The position numbers and the translations under genes were made by a program. DNA of 64,000 nucleotides, taken from NCBI GenBank assembly GCA_051047955.1, contig JBPGPT010000005.1, forward strand, positions 124,001 through 188,000, given 5' to 3'. The notes below the pieces were generated by a model that was given only the letters and a program-made list of their open reading frames with translations, ran no database searches and was not told the origin of the DNA. Below are positions 48,779 through 60,870 of the stretch, in pieces. The stretch is from Cystobasidiomycetes sp. EMM_F5 (lineage: Eukaryota). Each line of letters starts with the position of its first letter. Position 1 is the first letter of the stretch.

Positions 48779-50821
48779 CTACACTTTGCCAATTTGTTCC
48801 GCAGTTTTGTGTATGGCACTCTGAATGCCCTGCTGTGCCAGCGCGTCCACCTGTTTCTTGGCCGACAAAGCGCATAAGGCAGCTGCATAATTATACTGTC
48901 AGCTAACTATACGTATTCTTCAGCTCCCGCCGCAAATTCCAGCCCACCTCCGATTCCGCTGCCATCTTTAGCAAGACCAATGCCGATACTCTTTGCGACC
49001 TTTACGCCAAGAATGTCGCGCAGCGCACCACGAACGCGGCATTCGAAACCCGGATAGAACTCCACCAAAGATCCGTCAACTCCGACATCGAAACTTCCAC
49101 GCGACCCTGCGTGAATCTCCTTGTCCCACCCAACCTGTTTGATCACGGCAGCAATCGCTACCGCTGACAAGCGAGCACCCCGCGTTCCGACCAGCTCAGA
49201 CGCTCTGCGAACCACCAGGCAGTCTGCGTCTGAGATGTGCTCGTCTTTTATACCAAGACTACTGGTAAGAACTTTTCTCGTTTCAATAATGCTCTTGGCC
49301 CATTCTTTGTGACTGCCGTGAGCCAGGCCAGAGTGTGAATGTGATGTATAGCTGGAGGACGGATGTTCCTCTATTGAGCTCATCAGCGCAGTGTCGAAAC
49401 CGTAGTGGGTGTTTAGTGCCTCGGATGAATGGCCTGAGAAGAGCAATCCGCGTTCGATGAGCGATAAGAGAACGTTCCGCACAACTTCGCCCATGTACAT
49501 GCCGCTGACCATCTTTTCGAAGGCTTGTTTGCGGGGATTGATAGATTCTTGATCTAATTTTTCATCATACGGCGTGACTCGTAAAACTTTGCGCTAGCTT
49601 GCATAAATCAGTAAGGACGCTCGTTCCTTGTTCGGACACATACTTCATTGTCAAAAGCACCCCCTTAGACGATGGGTAATACGATGTCAGCTTGAACATA
49701 ATCCACCATGGCCCAATTACGCTTACATTCGGTATTTAGAATCATTTCCTCAAAGTCTAGCTTTTCAGGTAATTGCTTCTTGAGGGCTGACATCCGTTCG
49801 AGATAAGCGCCATTCGTTCCGGTACCGAATATAGCTCCGACAGAAGCAGTACCGCTTTGATACGCTCGAGACAGCATAGTCCCGACCGTGTCGTTGACTA
49901 GCGCCGAACACCGTACGGGTATCTTTTGCCTATTCAACGCATCTTGCAGCAGTTGCACCACGTCATTTCCCGCCGCACCACTCGCTTTAAAACCCTGTGA
50001 AAGACTGATTCTAGTCTCTGCCGGTGTGGGCCGTAACGACACAGCATACCTTAGTCCAGTTGATCAAGGTACCTTTGTCGAGCGCCGTCTGCTCCACAGG
50101 AAACGAGAAAGTGAAACCCAGGAAGAGAGGTTCAACCTCCTGCTCTGCCGTCTTGGCTGCGCCGGTCTTTTCGACGAACTGGCCGACGGACGTGGCTATA
50201 TAATCGAAGAGGGCAGTCGCCGTTCCAGTCTTGAGCTCCTCGGATACTTTGTACTTTTCCTGTTCTAGCGTGAAGCGGTTGTTGCCCAGCAGCTGAACGG
50301 AGCAGACTCGCAAATTGGTACCGCCAAGCTGAATGAACGGAAGGCGCATCAGTGTCGCAGTAACTGCTATTTACTGACGATGCGTACGTCAAGTGCTATG
50401 GTAGCAAAGGTGCCGAGCTGTATTAGCTGTCATGTCTGTACTCAACTGGCCGCTGCCTGCTTACCCAAAAAAGTTCCTGTTTCAGTGCCATTCGGTACAG
50501 CATGAATATATGTGGGACTGAAGGTATGACATAGATTTGCACAAACCCATCAGTCAGACATCCATGCTAGCGGAGGTCCTTGTTTCAGGCAGGGCTGCCG
50601 CTGCCTTACATCATAGGGAGGAAAGTGTCTCGGTTGGAATCATTGGCGTAGTTGGACAGTCCCATCGAGAACTCCCACATCATCTGGTCTACGGTCTTGT
50701 CGAGCAGGTCAGCATCTAAAGCGAAGTCTGCTTCCAGTTCGTGCAATGCCGCTTGGACTGGGCCCGGTAACGCAGGCGAGGCCGGCATTGGCAGTAGGTA
50801 CGAGTGGACCGCCGGTGCCAT
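48779..50821 (-). CDS. Hexokinase/glucokinase, multi-exon (possible non-AUG N-terminal extension to about 50959)
   Basis: LPMIPTY, ALDLGGTNLRV (spliced), LGFTFSFPV, WTKGF, VNDTVGT, IFGTGTNGAY, EKMVSGMYMGE, GVDGSL, AKDGSGIGAAL. Confidence 0.95.
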
Positions 50822-51224
50822 GTTTGCGAGGTGTGGATCTATGCTCTGCTTTGAAGTCCGACTGCCGAGGTAAGTTGCGACCAGGACGGCCAGACCGCTA
50901 ACTGCCAGAAAGGTCACGCGCAGTCGCCAGCTCTGGTCCGCGAACAGGTGGATGGTAGCCTACGCTGGCAGGCTATTGCAGTGTATATGGACGTGTATTG
51001 AGTAGACTGATAGTGCCGTTCTGTAAATTGCTTGGTGCGGAGACTCCAAGAACCAGCAAGGCTCGCTTTGCCGAAACAAACCAATGCGGAAAACTGATCA
51101 ACGAGGTTTGCTGAGAAGTGATGTATATGCGATGCGATAATGTACGAAGACTGACGACAACAGATGCTATGCTATGCTCGGAAGGGAATATCGAAGGAAT
51201 TGTGACAAATACTAATCTTCACCT

Positions 51225-52897
51225 TCAAGCAGCTTCCGACGACAGCCTGACAGGTGCATGATACACAGGTGCCGGGTGTTTGCTTGTTTGGAATCTTCCG
51301 CGTAGGAGCTTCTGAGCAGCTTGACCTGGCCGCCTCAGGCTGGATCCAGCAGCTATCGCAAGCGTCAGGAGAACCAAAGACCCGGCCTGATGTGCAGCCG
51401 CGAGTTCAATAGGGACCATGTAGACCAATGTGGAGATGCCAAGAGACACCTGAAGGACAGCCATGTATGTCATACCTTTGATGAATTTGAGGCTTGCAGC
51501 AGGTACATGCGGGCGCATAGACGGCCGACGAGCGTAGAGGAGCAGACCGACAATGGCGGAAAAGGTGGATACTGCCAACACTCGATGGTCAAATTGGACA
51601 GTGGTTGGATTCTCGAGCATGTTTCTGACGACCAAATCGGATTGATCCGGTGAACGTGCGTACTTGTGTGAATACAACTCGGATATGGGTGGTATCCAAT
51701 CGTCGCCCATGTGAGGGAACGTGTTGTACAACAGACCTGCGTCCAGGCCCGCTACGAATGCTCCTGTATTGAAAGGTCAGTATATGGATGCTTTGCGAGT
51801 GTAAAAGGTGCCTCACCCGATATGGCCGTCAGAAATATCATTCCCGTAAGTGCGGTTACCACACCTCTGAGTCGAGCAGCTTGTGGCGTTTGCAGTAGCC
51901 GAAGAGCGTCTGGCATAGCGATACGTTTCGTACCCACGCTGTCTAAGAGCTGCTTCACCGCCCAGTCTCTTCGTATGCTAATGGCATGTCGCAAAGAAAG
52001 AGAAAACACAAGGAACGCCATACCAAGGTGTGCGGCCAGCCTGTACTGGCTGACTCGAGGAACGCCATCACGCGCTTGTATGGCTTCGTGAGTCAAGCCG
52101 CTTTTGACCATATACCAACCCAGTGCGCCTTGGCCACCGATGAGGGCTGCGATCGCACCCATCGTAACGGCGCTGCGGGGTGAGAGCTGGCGTCGTATAA
52201 TAAAGAAGGGTATTGGCGCCAGGAACGCGATGCCAATGACACGGCCGAGGAAGCGATGCCCCCATTCCCAGGCGTATATACGCTTGAATTCGTCGAGCGT
52301 CATGGTCTTGTTCATAAGTGTACCTTCTGGCGTGACCATGTATTTGTTGTACTCGCTAAGCCAAGCTTCACGAGAAAGCGGAGGCATAGTCCCGGTGACG
52401 AGATTCCATTCTGTGATGGACAGACCACTCTCTGTTAACCGCGTGAGGCCGCCAACGACAACAATCGCAAAGACGAGTCCAGAGATGATGAACAGATGTG
52501 TCGAGACAGCTGGTGCGGTCAAGCGGGCTGCGCTTTGGGAAGATCTTGATGACGAAGAGGAAGGAGAAGAGTGTTCACTGGCAACTGACGCTTCTCGAGA
52601 GGCTGCGGGAATAGAGCCAGCCGTACTGGCCAGACTTGACTGACATCGTTGAAATCGAAATGATGCATTAGTCTTCCGGAGGAGCGACAAAGGAGGGTGT
52701 CCAGTAGAGTACCCGGACGGAAATGTGGATATGGATAGCAAAGCCTGCTTGTTGAAGCCATAACTGGTCCCTATGGCTTTCGGAAGACGCTGTACACACT
52801 GTTCAGGCAATCTGAAGCTGTGAAGTTGTCGAGCACAGGTCTGCGGGGCCTGGCGAAGCGTGGAACATATTTGACGATGACATAGAGTATACGACAT
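51225..52897 (-). CDS. COX15: Heme A synthase Cox15
   Basis: VVVGGLTRLTESGLSITEW, WEWGHRFLGR, VPRVSQYRLAAHLG, VAGLDAGLLYNTFP, VQFDHR, AAHQAGS. Confidence 0.95.
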
Positions 52898-53058
52898 GGC
52901 CCGATATACTGAAGCAACGGGAAGAACCTGGGTGACACAAAGTAGAATCGGAAATCAACGTTGAAAGTGGCAATATTGTAATGATCTCAAGAGCGGCAGC
53001 TTGAACGAGATCAGGCTGTTGGTCTTGCCAACGTGGTGCAGAATCTGCTGTTCTATCC

Positions 53059-53749
53059 ATGGCCACACGACTGCAGACAGTGCTGCAAAGGACAGTATGC
53101 CGGCAAAGCAGAATCGCACCTAGTTGCATTGGCCAGCTTCGACGGGCAACTACGACAACCCCAGCCGGGACGAGTAAACCAGAGATTCCAGCTAGAGAAC
53201 AGCCTGCAACCTCGCCAGACCGCTCATCACATCCACTGCAGTTAGCTCCAAATCATTTCAATCGATGAGAAGGCTCGCGGAATTGATGCATCGCTGTACA
53301 TTCTAATAGGTCGTCGAGTACACCCGGCAAAGACGCCCAGCAGGCGACGTCTCAACAGAATTTGGCGAGTGCCGAAGATGAGGATACTGCCTCCATGAGC
53401 GAACAAGAGAAGGAAATTCTAGCCAAACTGAAGCAAGCATTTCCAGGAGGAAATATGGCAGTTCAGGATGTTTCTGGTAAGGCTTCGTATTCAGAAAAGA
53501 CACGAGCTTGCCTGACTGCACACTCCTAGGCGGATGTGGGACTTTCTTTGCTATCTCGATAGAGTCTGACGCTTTCAAGGGACTTTCGAAAATCAAGCAA
53601 CATCAGAAAGTCAACAAGATTCTTGCAGATGAAGTCAAGACATGGCATGGCATGCAGGTGAGATTCGGCTTTGTTCATCCCAATGCACAACCACCGCTGA
53701 CAGGGTATATGCACGCCAGCTCAAAACGACGGCTCCACAATCTGCATGA
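53059..53749 (+). CDS. Mitochondrial BolA-like protein (Bol3/Aim1 type)
   Basis: Presequence; VQDVSGGCGTFFAISIESDAFKGLSKIKQHQKVNKILADEVKTWHGMQLKT after splicing. Confidence 0.9.
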
Positions 53750-53984
53750 TGCCTACGAGATCATCCCGGCTGTTCCCAGGACTACTCATTCGTTTGTGTT
53801 ACGTTAGATACTGTATCAAGTATACATGTTGTGGTCAATCAATACTGCGCAATTTACTGCATCGTTTGCCACTTTCAACGAAGCTCTCGGCTTGGCCTTG
53901 CACAGCTTGGACTCTGCTCACTCACTTAGCTGAATCTGCTGCATTTGACGTCTGCACTACTCGTACATTTCCGGCTATCCAGCT

Positions 53985-54716
53985 ATGGACTTCTTGTACG
54001 TCTAGCTTCACTATTATCGTCGTCCTTCTTCGTTTCTGACATCATATATTGCCCACCTGCAGCTGCCTTCCAATCCGTTAGTTCTTGCCGCAGACACGCG
54101 TTTTGAAGTACTGGAACTGAACCGACTCACTCGTATCTCCAATACTATCAGTATGCGGCTGCAGTAGTCGAGTTCGTACCCTGCGCCACTTCGTCAATAC
54201 GCACTCAAATGTCTCTTACGCAATTTCTTGCAGGTATCGTCAGAAGGGAATGACCCTCGCGTCTGCCCACGTTGTCACAACCTGGCTGTGCAACCAGTCA
54301 AGAAGAGAGACTGGTTTGAGCTGTTTTGTGTGCCAGTCGTGCCCTGTGCGTGTAAAGCAATATTCTTAAACGACATCATTGCTGCTGACCACATCCATCC
54401 ACAGACAACACATCTCATGAATGGACCTGCGGTATCTGCCAGTGGTCTGTGCCAAGGTATGTGCGGCGAATTTGCAATACAGCAAGATAGTCTGACTGAT
54501 TCGCAAACCCTCACAGAAACGGACCCTTCCAACCTATGGCTCCCGGTGTAGGTTCCTCTCCCCTAATGCCGACAACTTGTGGCACTTGCTAAGTCATGTC
54601 GTATCATCTAGCATCAGCCACAATTTCAGCAACAGTCGCAGTTCCAGCAAAATCCGCAATACTACCAACAGCCAATGATGGGCCCGCCGCCTCAAGGCTA
54701 TAAGCCTCCTCAATAG
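53985..54716 (+). CDS. Small zinc-ribbon protein, UPF0768/YBL029C-A-like, micro-exon rich
   Basis: Spliced MDFFCLPILCGCSSRVSSEGNDPRVCPRCHNLAVQPVKKRDWFELFCVPVVP...CGICQW; Q/P-rich tail. Confidence 0.75.
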
Positions 54717-54968
54717 CACGGAGACGGCAAGAGACGTAAACAAGGACACCTTTCTTCTGGATCCGCCAGAGTGATTTGGCTGCTTAGTTGAAACGCGACA
54801 TCTGTAGAATATTTGACAAATCCCTGTAGCGTGTCCTGCAGCATCTAGCATTGCTGAGAATCCATCGTTGTATGAACCAGATACAAAGAGTGATCGTCAT
54901 ACTTCTGCAGTGGCGAATAGCAATCGCGGTATCGCAACGATATTGTTGTAGGTTTGCCAAATCTTTGC

Positions 54969-57279
54969 ATGGCTAATCGTCCATTATGGCAGGCTGCCAG
55001 TGGAGCTTCCTGGAAGTCTGCTTCGTGCTCCGCTAGGCTGTCTTTCCGGAGTCGGCTGCCTTCGCTACTTCGTCATAATTTCAAATCGTCAAGTCTTTCG
55101 AGGACCATTACAACAGATGCAAATGCCCACGCTAAGAAGACAACCATCTCTAATGGGTCACTTAAACGCCTCAGTCGCCTAGGCGTCGCGACGGGCATCC
55201 TGGGATTTGTCTATGTCGTAGATCGAGAATATAACGCGGAAGCGTTAACTCGCACCCTGCGCTGTGCATATTACGCGTGAGCCTTTCTCCCGTGCTCACT
55301 GCAACGTTCGTATTCAACGATCTTTTTGTCTCTCACCACAGATGCTTGATTCTGGCCGATTTCAAATGGAACTTTGGACCAAAGAAGACACAAGACGAAA
55401 TCAATGCGCTCCACGAACGCGTTGCGAAAAGAATGCACTATGTATGTACGAAGAACGGTGGTCTCTTCATCAAGCTTGGACAGTCCATCGGTATCCAAGC
55501 GACAGTTATGCCCAAGCCGTATCGCGAGGCATTCAGTACCATGTTTGATGCTGCACCGCATGTCAGCTACGATGAGGTAGAGAAGGTCTTCAGGGAGGAA
55601 TTCAGTGGACAGTCTCCGCACGATGTGTTCGAGTTTTTCGATGACAAGCCGATAGCTAGTGCCTCCATCGCTCAAGTGCATCGTGCACGACTACGAATAC
55701 CGAAAGAGGGCGGTCAGCCTGGAGAGACAGAATTGCGAGAGGTGGCAGTCAAGGTGCAGAAGCCCGCCATTGCAAAACAGCTAAATCTGGATTTATGGTC
55801 CTATCAGTCAGTCGCTCTGAATGAACCGGCTGTTGTGCCGCATAAGAGATGCTGACCATTCTCTCAAGAGTCATGCTTTATGTTTATGAGCTTGCCTTCA
55901 AGATACCTGTCTATTTCACGGCTCCCTACGTAGCCCAGCAGATTCGGCTAGAAGCAAACTTTCTCAACGAAGCCAAGAACTCGGAACGGACGGCTGCATC
56001 TCTTGCAAAAGAGCCAAGCCTGAGTAATATTGTTTATGTTCCGTGGGTAGTGTCCAGCACACGTGCGCAATGCTGTTCTAATGAATAGATTTACAGGAAG
56101 GTGCATTGGCAAGCGACAACGCCTCGCATCATGACAGCCGAGTGAGCCGTCTCTGCTGCTGTTCCGAATGAATCTGAACATCTCCGCTCTATAGCTTTGT
56201 TGAGAACGCATTCAAAATCAATGACAGATCGCGTATCGAAGACATGGGCTTCAGCGTCAAGCAGGTCATGGATGCCATGTGTGGTGCTTTCTCAGCCAGT
56301 ATGTTGCAGTCTTATAGGGAGCGAGTTGCTTGGCTGACTGCTACACGCACCATAACAGTGATTTTCACCTGGGGACATGTACATTGCGATCCTCATCCTG
56401 GCAACATCCTCGTCAGGCGGCATCCGGAACACCCGAAGAGACCCCAAGTCGTGTTGATTGATCATGGCTTATACGTTGACCTCACGCCTTCCTTCCGGAG
56501 ACAGTACAGCGAGCTCTGGCGATCTCTCTTCGTGCTCGATACGGATACTATCGAGCGGATAGCGCATAGCTGGGGTATCGCTAACGCCAATCTTTTTGCG
56601 AGCGCTACTCTGTTGAAGCCAACCACCGTCAAGAAAGATAAGGTTACGAAAGAGGAGAGGGCCCGCAGACTCGAGGAGGAAAAAGCCAAGTCCGCACACC
56701 AGGTTCAGGAGGAACTTAAAGAGAGATTGCGGACTATGCTTGAAAATGAGCAACTCATTCCGCGCGAGCTTGTAAGTCGACTGGCTTTGACAACAGCAAT
56801 TGCTGACATGGCATGAAGATTTTCATCACACGCTGCATGCGTATGGTGCAAGCGGTGAATCAGGGTTTGGGGAGTCCTTCGAATCGCATAAACATTCTTG
56901 CCCGTACGTACGAGCTTGGCTTCCACGTCAACGCCTGGCTGATGCCGTTCCTGCATTAGACTGGGCCACCGAAGGCTTAAAGAGAACCAATCCGCTCGAT
57001 CCCAGCAGTGGCATCGACCAATTTACGCGAGACACACTTTTGTACACGAATCGTACACCCTTCAGTTTGTGGCTTGCGGAGAAGCGCAAAATTTGGACCT
57101 TCAAGATCGTTCTTGTTTTCATCGACTTTGGATTCCTTCTGACTAAAGTCCGGCAGGTGTGGATACGGCTCGTGCAGGGCAAAGAGGAAGGTTTTGAGGA
57201 TCTACTGCAACAGCAAGTCTCGAGGATGGCTCGCGATGAGTTTGGGGTGGAGATAGACGATTCTGCATTTGCGGGATAA
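54969..57279 (+). CDS. ABC1/UbiB (ADCK) atypical kinase, mitochondrial, Mcp2/ADCK1-like
   Basis: NGGLFIKLGQ, PIASASIAQVHRA, VAVKVQKP, VHCDPHPGNILVR, LIDHGLY. Confidence 0.92.
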
Positions 57280-57856
57280 AGAATTCGATGCAGATGCTGA
57301 TCTGCGTAGAACGCTGTACCTGACGACCGTCACAAGCAGGGTCTACTCTACGCGATTGCTGCTAGAAATTGACTGATGCGGAGCAGCCGACTCGGGCTAA
57401 TCCGACTTACGTCACCTCAAGCGTAGCTGGCGATGTCAAGACTCGAGTATCACAGCGCGGGGAAGATTCTCCAAAGCCATCGTAATCTGCTATGGCAATC
57501 TTCCCCTCCGGACATACGAAAGGCCGTTCATCGTCTTGCAGGTGATCAAGCGGAATGGGTACGGCAGTTCCGAAAAAGAAACAGGCAGCAGCACCTCCTG
57601 AGTTGACGCTTTGCGGAAGTGGCCCGATTTCTGTTCAGCCTCGCTCTTGTCGCGCCCGTATGCTCGCGTCATATTGCAATTCGTCATATGCAAAGGCCCT
57701 GTGTAGGAGTCGTCGTCTGACAGCAATATTTCGGCGAAGTAGGGCGCGTTGTCCTCTCAGGTATTCCTCAAGGCTGCGTCGGACAAGGCTTTCGCCAATG
57801 AACAGCGGGGATGACTTGCATTTTGCACGCAAGTCTATTTAGACAACAACATGACC

Positions 57857-60348
57857 TCAACCCAAAACTTTTGGCTCAGCCTTCTTCCGCTTGTTGCTGC
57901 CGGACGCTGCCTCTGCTTTCCTATTTTTGTTGAGTTGGACGCCAGAAGATGAACCGACCGTTCCGAGCAGTTGGTCTGCTGTCGGGGCTGCATTCTTGTT
58001 TCCGACACCAATAACCATGGTGGCTGAGCCCATCCTTTCTTGACGAGCGTTGAAAGCAGCCGAAGCAGCCAACGGAGTATCTCCGGAAGCCATCGCCTCT
58101 CGTTTTCGTTCGTCCTCGACACGCTTGAGCAGCTTTGCACGCTTATTTGTACCTGATCCTTTACCGTGGAATTTGTGCGATAGATCCTTCCACGCCTCTT
58201 TCGGAGTCATGTCGCGACCAAACTCATCTCTGTACTTGATGTCGACATTGGGTTTGTAATCTCTGAATGCGTCGTCGGTCTTTTGCGCATACTCGAAGGC
58301 ACGTTGCTTATTCTCATACTCCCTCTGTTGATCAGTCTTACTAGCACCAGCTGCTTTTGAGCGAGCGCGATCCGCTTCACGCTCTTGTTCACGTATTCTG
58401 GCTTCTGCAATGAAACGTTCTCTTTCGTGGTATGCTCGTTCGCGTTCCCTCTCTTCAGGGGTGAGGGTTTTGACAAGGCCAGACTGCTTCAACAGTGACA
58501 GCGTTGATGCAAGTCCGCCACTGACGAGCTGTTCTGCTGCTGTACCACCAAAGGCAGACAAGTCCTCGGCACCTGCACCGGCTGGTGGGGATTGTGCTTT
58601 CCCGTTGATGAATCTCGATGGTTTGGTGCTGCCGTCAACATCCATGCCCTCTTCCAAGTCCTCCTCCCCATCAATGGCTTCACCTTCCTCCCGGTCTTCG
58701 GCTTTAATCGACGTAATGAGCTGATCTATGGTCGCGTCGTCATCTATTGGTTCGGCTTTGACCTTGTTGAATTTTTGAGCACCATTAGTGAGCTTCTTGC
58801 TCGATAAAGCGACTGGAGTTGCTGTGCCGACTTCTCGTTTGGTGATGGCAGAACCTGCTGCAATGTTCCTGACGAATTCCGAGGTATCGTTCAGGATCAT
58901 ACCGCCTCCGGCCTGATCATCGTTTGCGTCCTCCTCGTCCTCCTCCTTCTTTACCGCAGGCAAGCCATCCACACCAGCCTCTACCTCATCGACTGGCATG
59001 CTAGCCACTCGTTCCTCCAGGACCTGCCTCGCTATATCCTCGCCGCGTATCTGTTGTATCCGGTTTCGGGTAGCTTGTCTCCTCTGTCTGGCCAGCGCAG
59101 ACTGTAGCTCATCGTCATCAAAGGATTCGCTATTCGCATTTGCAGCTTCTCTTGCCAGCCGCCGTTCCGCCGTAGAGGTAGACGGAAAGTCGGAATTTGC
59201 CATATCGGCATCCATCGAGCCGTTTTGTGCAAGAGCCCCGTCTGCTTCATCGTCGTCAAGAGCCGCCGTACGCCTAGATGAGGACTTTGCAGCCTTTTTG
59301 CTCTTCTTTTTTTTCGCCTTGAAGCCCACTTCCCCTTCTTGTAGATAGTCATTCTGTTCCGTTGCTGTAGACAATGAATGAGCGAGAGGGCAAGGCAGCG
59401 CACAGGAACAGAAACGACGTACTGGTATAGTCTAGCGATATCAAGTCTCGCTTGACATCCCGATAATCTAGATTGTTTCCGTTTGTAATTCTCGAAGGAC
59501 CAGCTACCGGAGGGGGAAGTGCACCACCTAGCCTGAAGCCTTCCCCGCCAGATCCTTTCAGGCTGTCCTCGCCGATGACCTGATCGTATTTAGAAAGCAC
59601 ACCTCGGGCCTTGCCAGGTCGTCCGCTACTGCCACTTGGGTCAAACTCGTCGTCGTCGTAGCCAGTGTACTGGTAGGCTGTCTTGCCCTTCTTCTTGAGA
59701 TCCACCCGCTCTGCTGTACGAGCATACTCTGCGAGGTTGACATTCTGTAACTCGTCGTCTATTGAGGGCCGTCGAGTTAGCAGGGTGAGTTGTACAATTA
59801 CATGCGCTGCACCCACCCTCGTCATCCAAGACTTTGCGGTCTGTCAGAGTGAGAATGACGTCTGCACCCTGTTCAAAGTCGTCGACGCCGTGGGCTACCT
59901 TGAGGCCTGCGAGATCCTGTTCGTCGTATATCGCTTCACGGTCGCGCTCTTCGAGTTCACGCTCGCGCTGGCGTAACTTTTCCAACTCCTTCTCCCTCTC
60001 CTTTGCGCGCTTTCTCGACTGCTTCACCCAGGCTGCTGCTGAGGTTGCCGTAGCTGCTCCATCATCACCTCCATCGTCCGCCTCGCCCAGCCCTTTTCCG
60101 TGCAGCTTTGCTCGGAGCTCTCGTTGGTTCTTTGCTCTTGCCAGCCGCTCCTTTGCTTCCTTCTCAGACCTCGCTGCCTTTTCAGCGTTGCGCTTCTCTG
60201 CCCAGTTTGCTTCTGCGAGTGCATCGGGGTCGTCTGATAGATTGACTGAACCGCCGTCCTCGCCGTCTTCGCCAGCCAGCGGAGCCAGTCCAAGCCCTAT
60301 CCGTATCTTGTTGGTCTCCTCGAGCGACATGCTCTCTGCAGACGCCAT
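57857..60348 (-). CDS. SNU66: U4/U6.U5 tri-snRNP protein Snu66/SART-1
   Basis: HIND motif MSLEETNKIRIGLGLAPL, DLAGLKVAH, ILTLTD..VLD, YKPNVDIKYRDEFGRDMTPKEAWKDLSHKFHGKGSG. Confidence 0.95.
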
Positions 60349-60870
60349 GGTGAGTTCTGCAGTCTCAGCCGACGGTCAGTCGTAGCTTGAAAGAGGTGGT
60401 CAGGCTGGGTCAGACAGGAGAGACTCTTTTTGAAGACAAAGCCTTTGCTTCTGAATCAAGTAGTGATTGTATGATTAATGATGATGCATCTGATGGCATA
60501 CAACCCATAATCACTCGAGGCAGTCGCAGTCTTTGGCTTTTGGGCGTATGGTATATGCCGCCACCCGGATTCTAGATGAATTATGACGCCGGGATTGAAA
60601 TAGCCTGCGCAGTTTGATGGCCAGGAAGGGAAGTAATGATGGAGCTGCGGGCGTCATTGGATGGGCAGAGACTCGGTCAGCTTGCGCTGCTTGCTCTTGA
60701 GTTTCATTCCCCGTTCTCCCGTTCCGCCGACATCTTTACGCGGTTCCGACTTTGAAGTTCTCGTCATTCGGCGTCAACCAAGTCGACTTTTTTACAAGAT
60801 CTGAAGAGCTTTCACCCGGGATAACTACACCGACAGTCCAATCACTACCAGCCTCGTCTTAAGTATTACC

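Noticed and set aside
60464..60514. ATGATGA...CTGA within a weak hairpin, resembling a C/D snoRNA
   Set aside because: The boxes are only a few nt apart, with no room for a guide sequence
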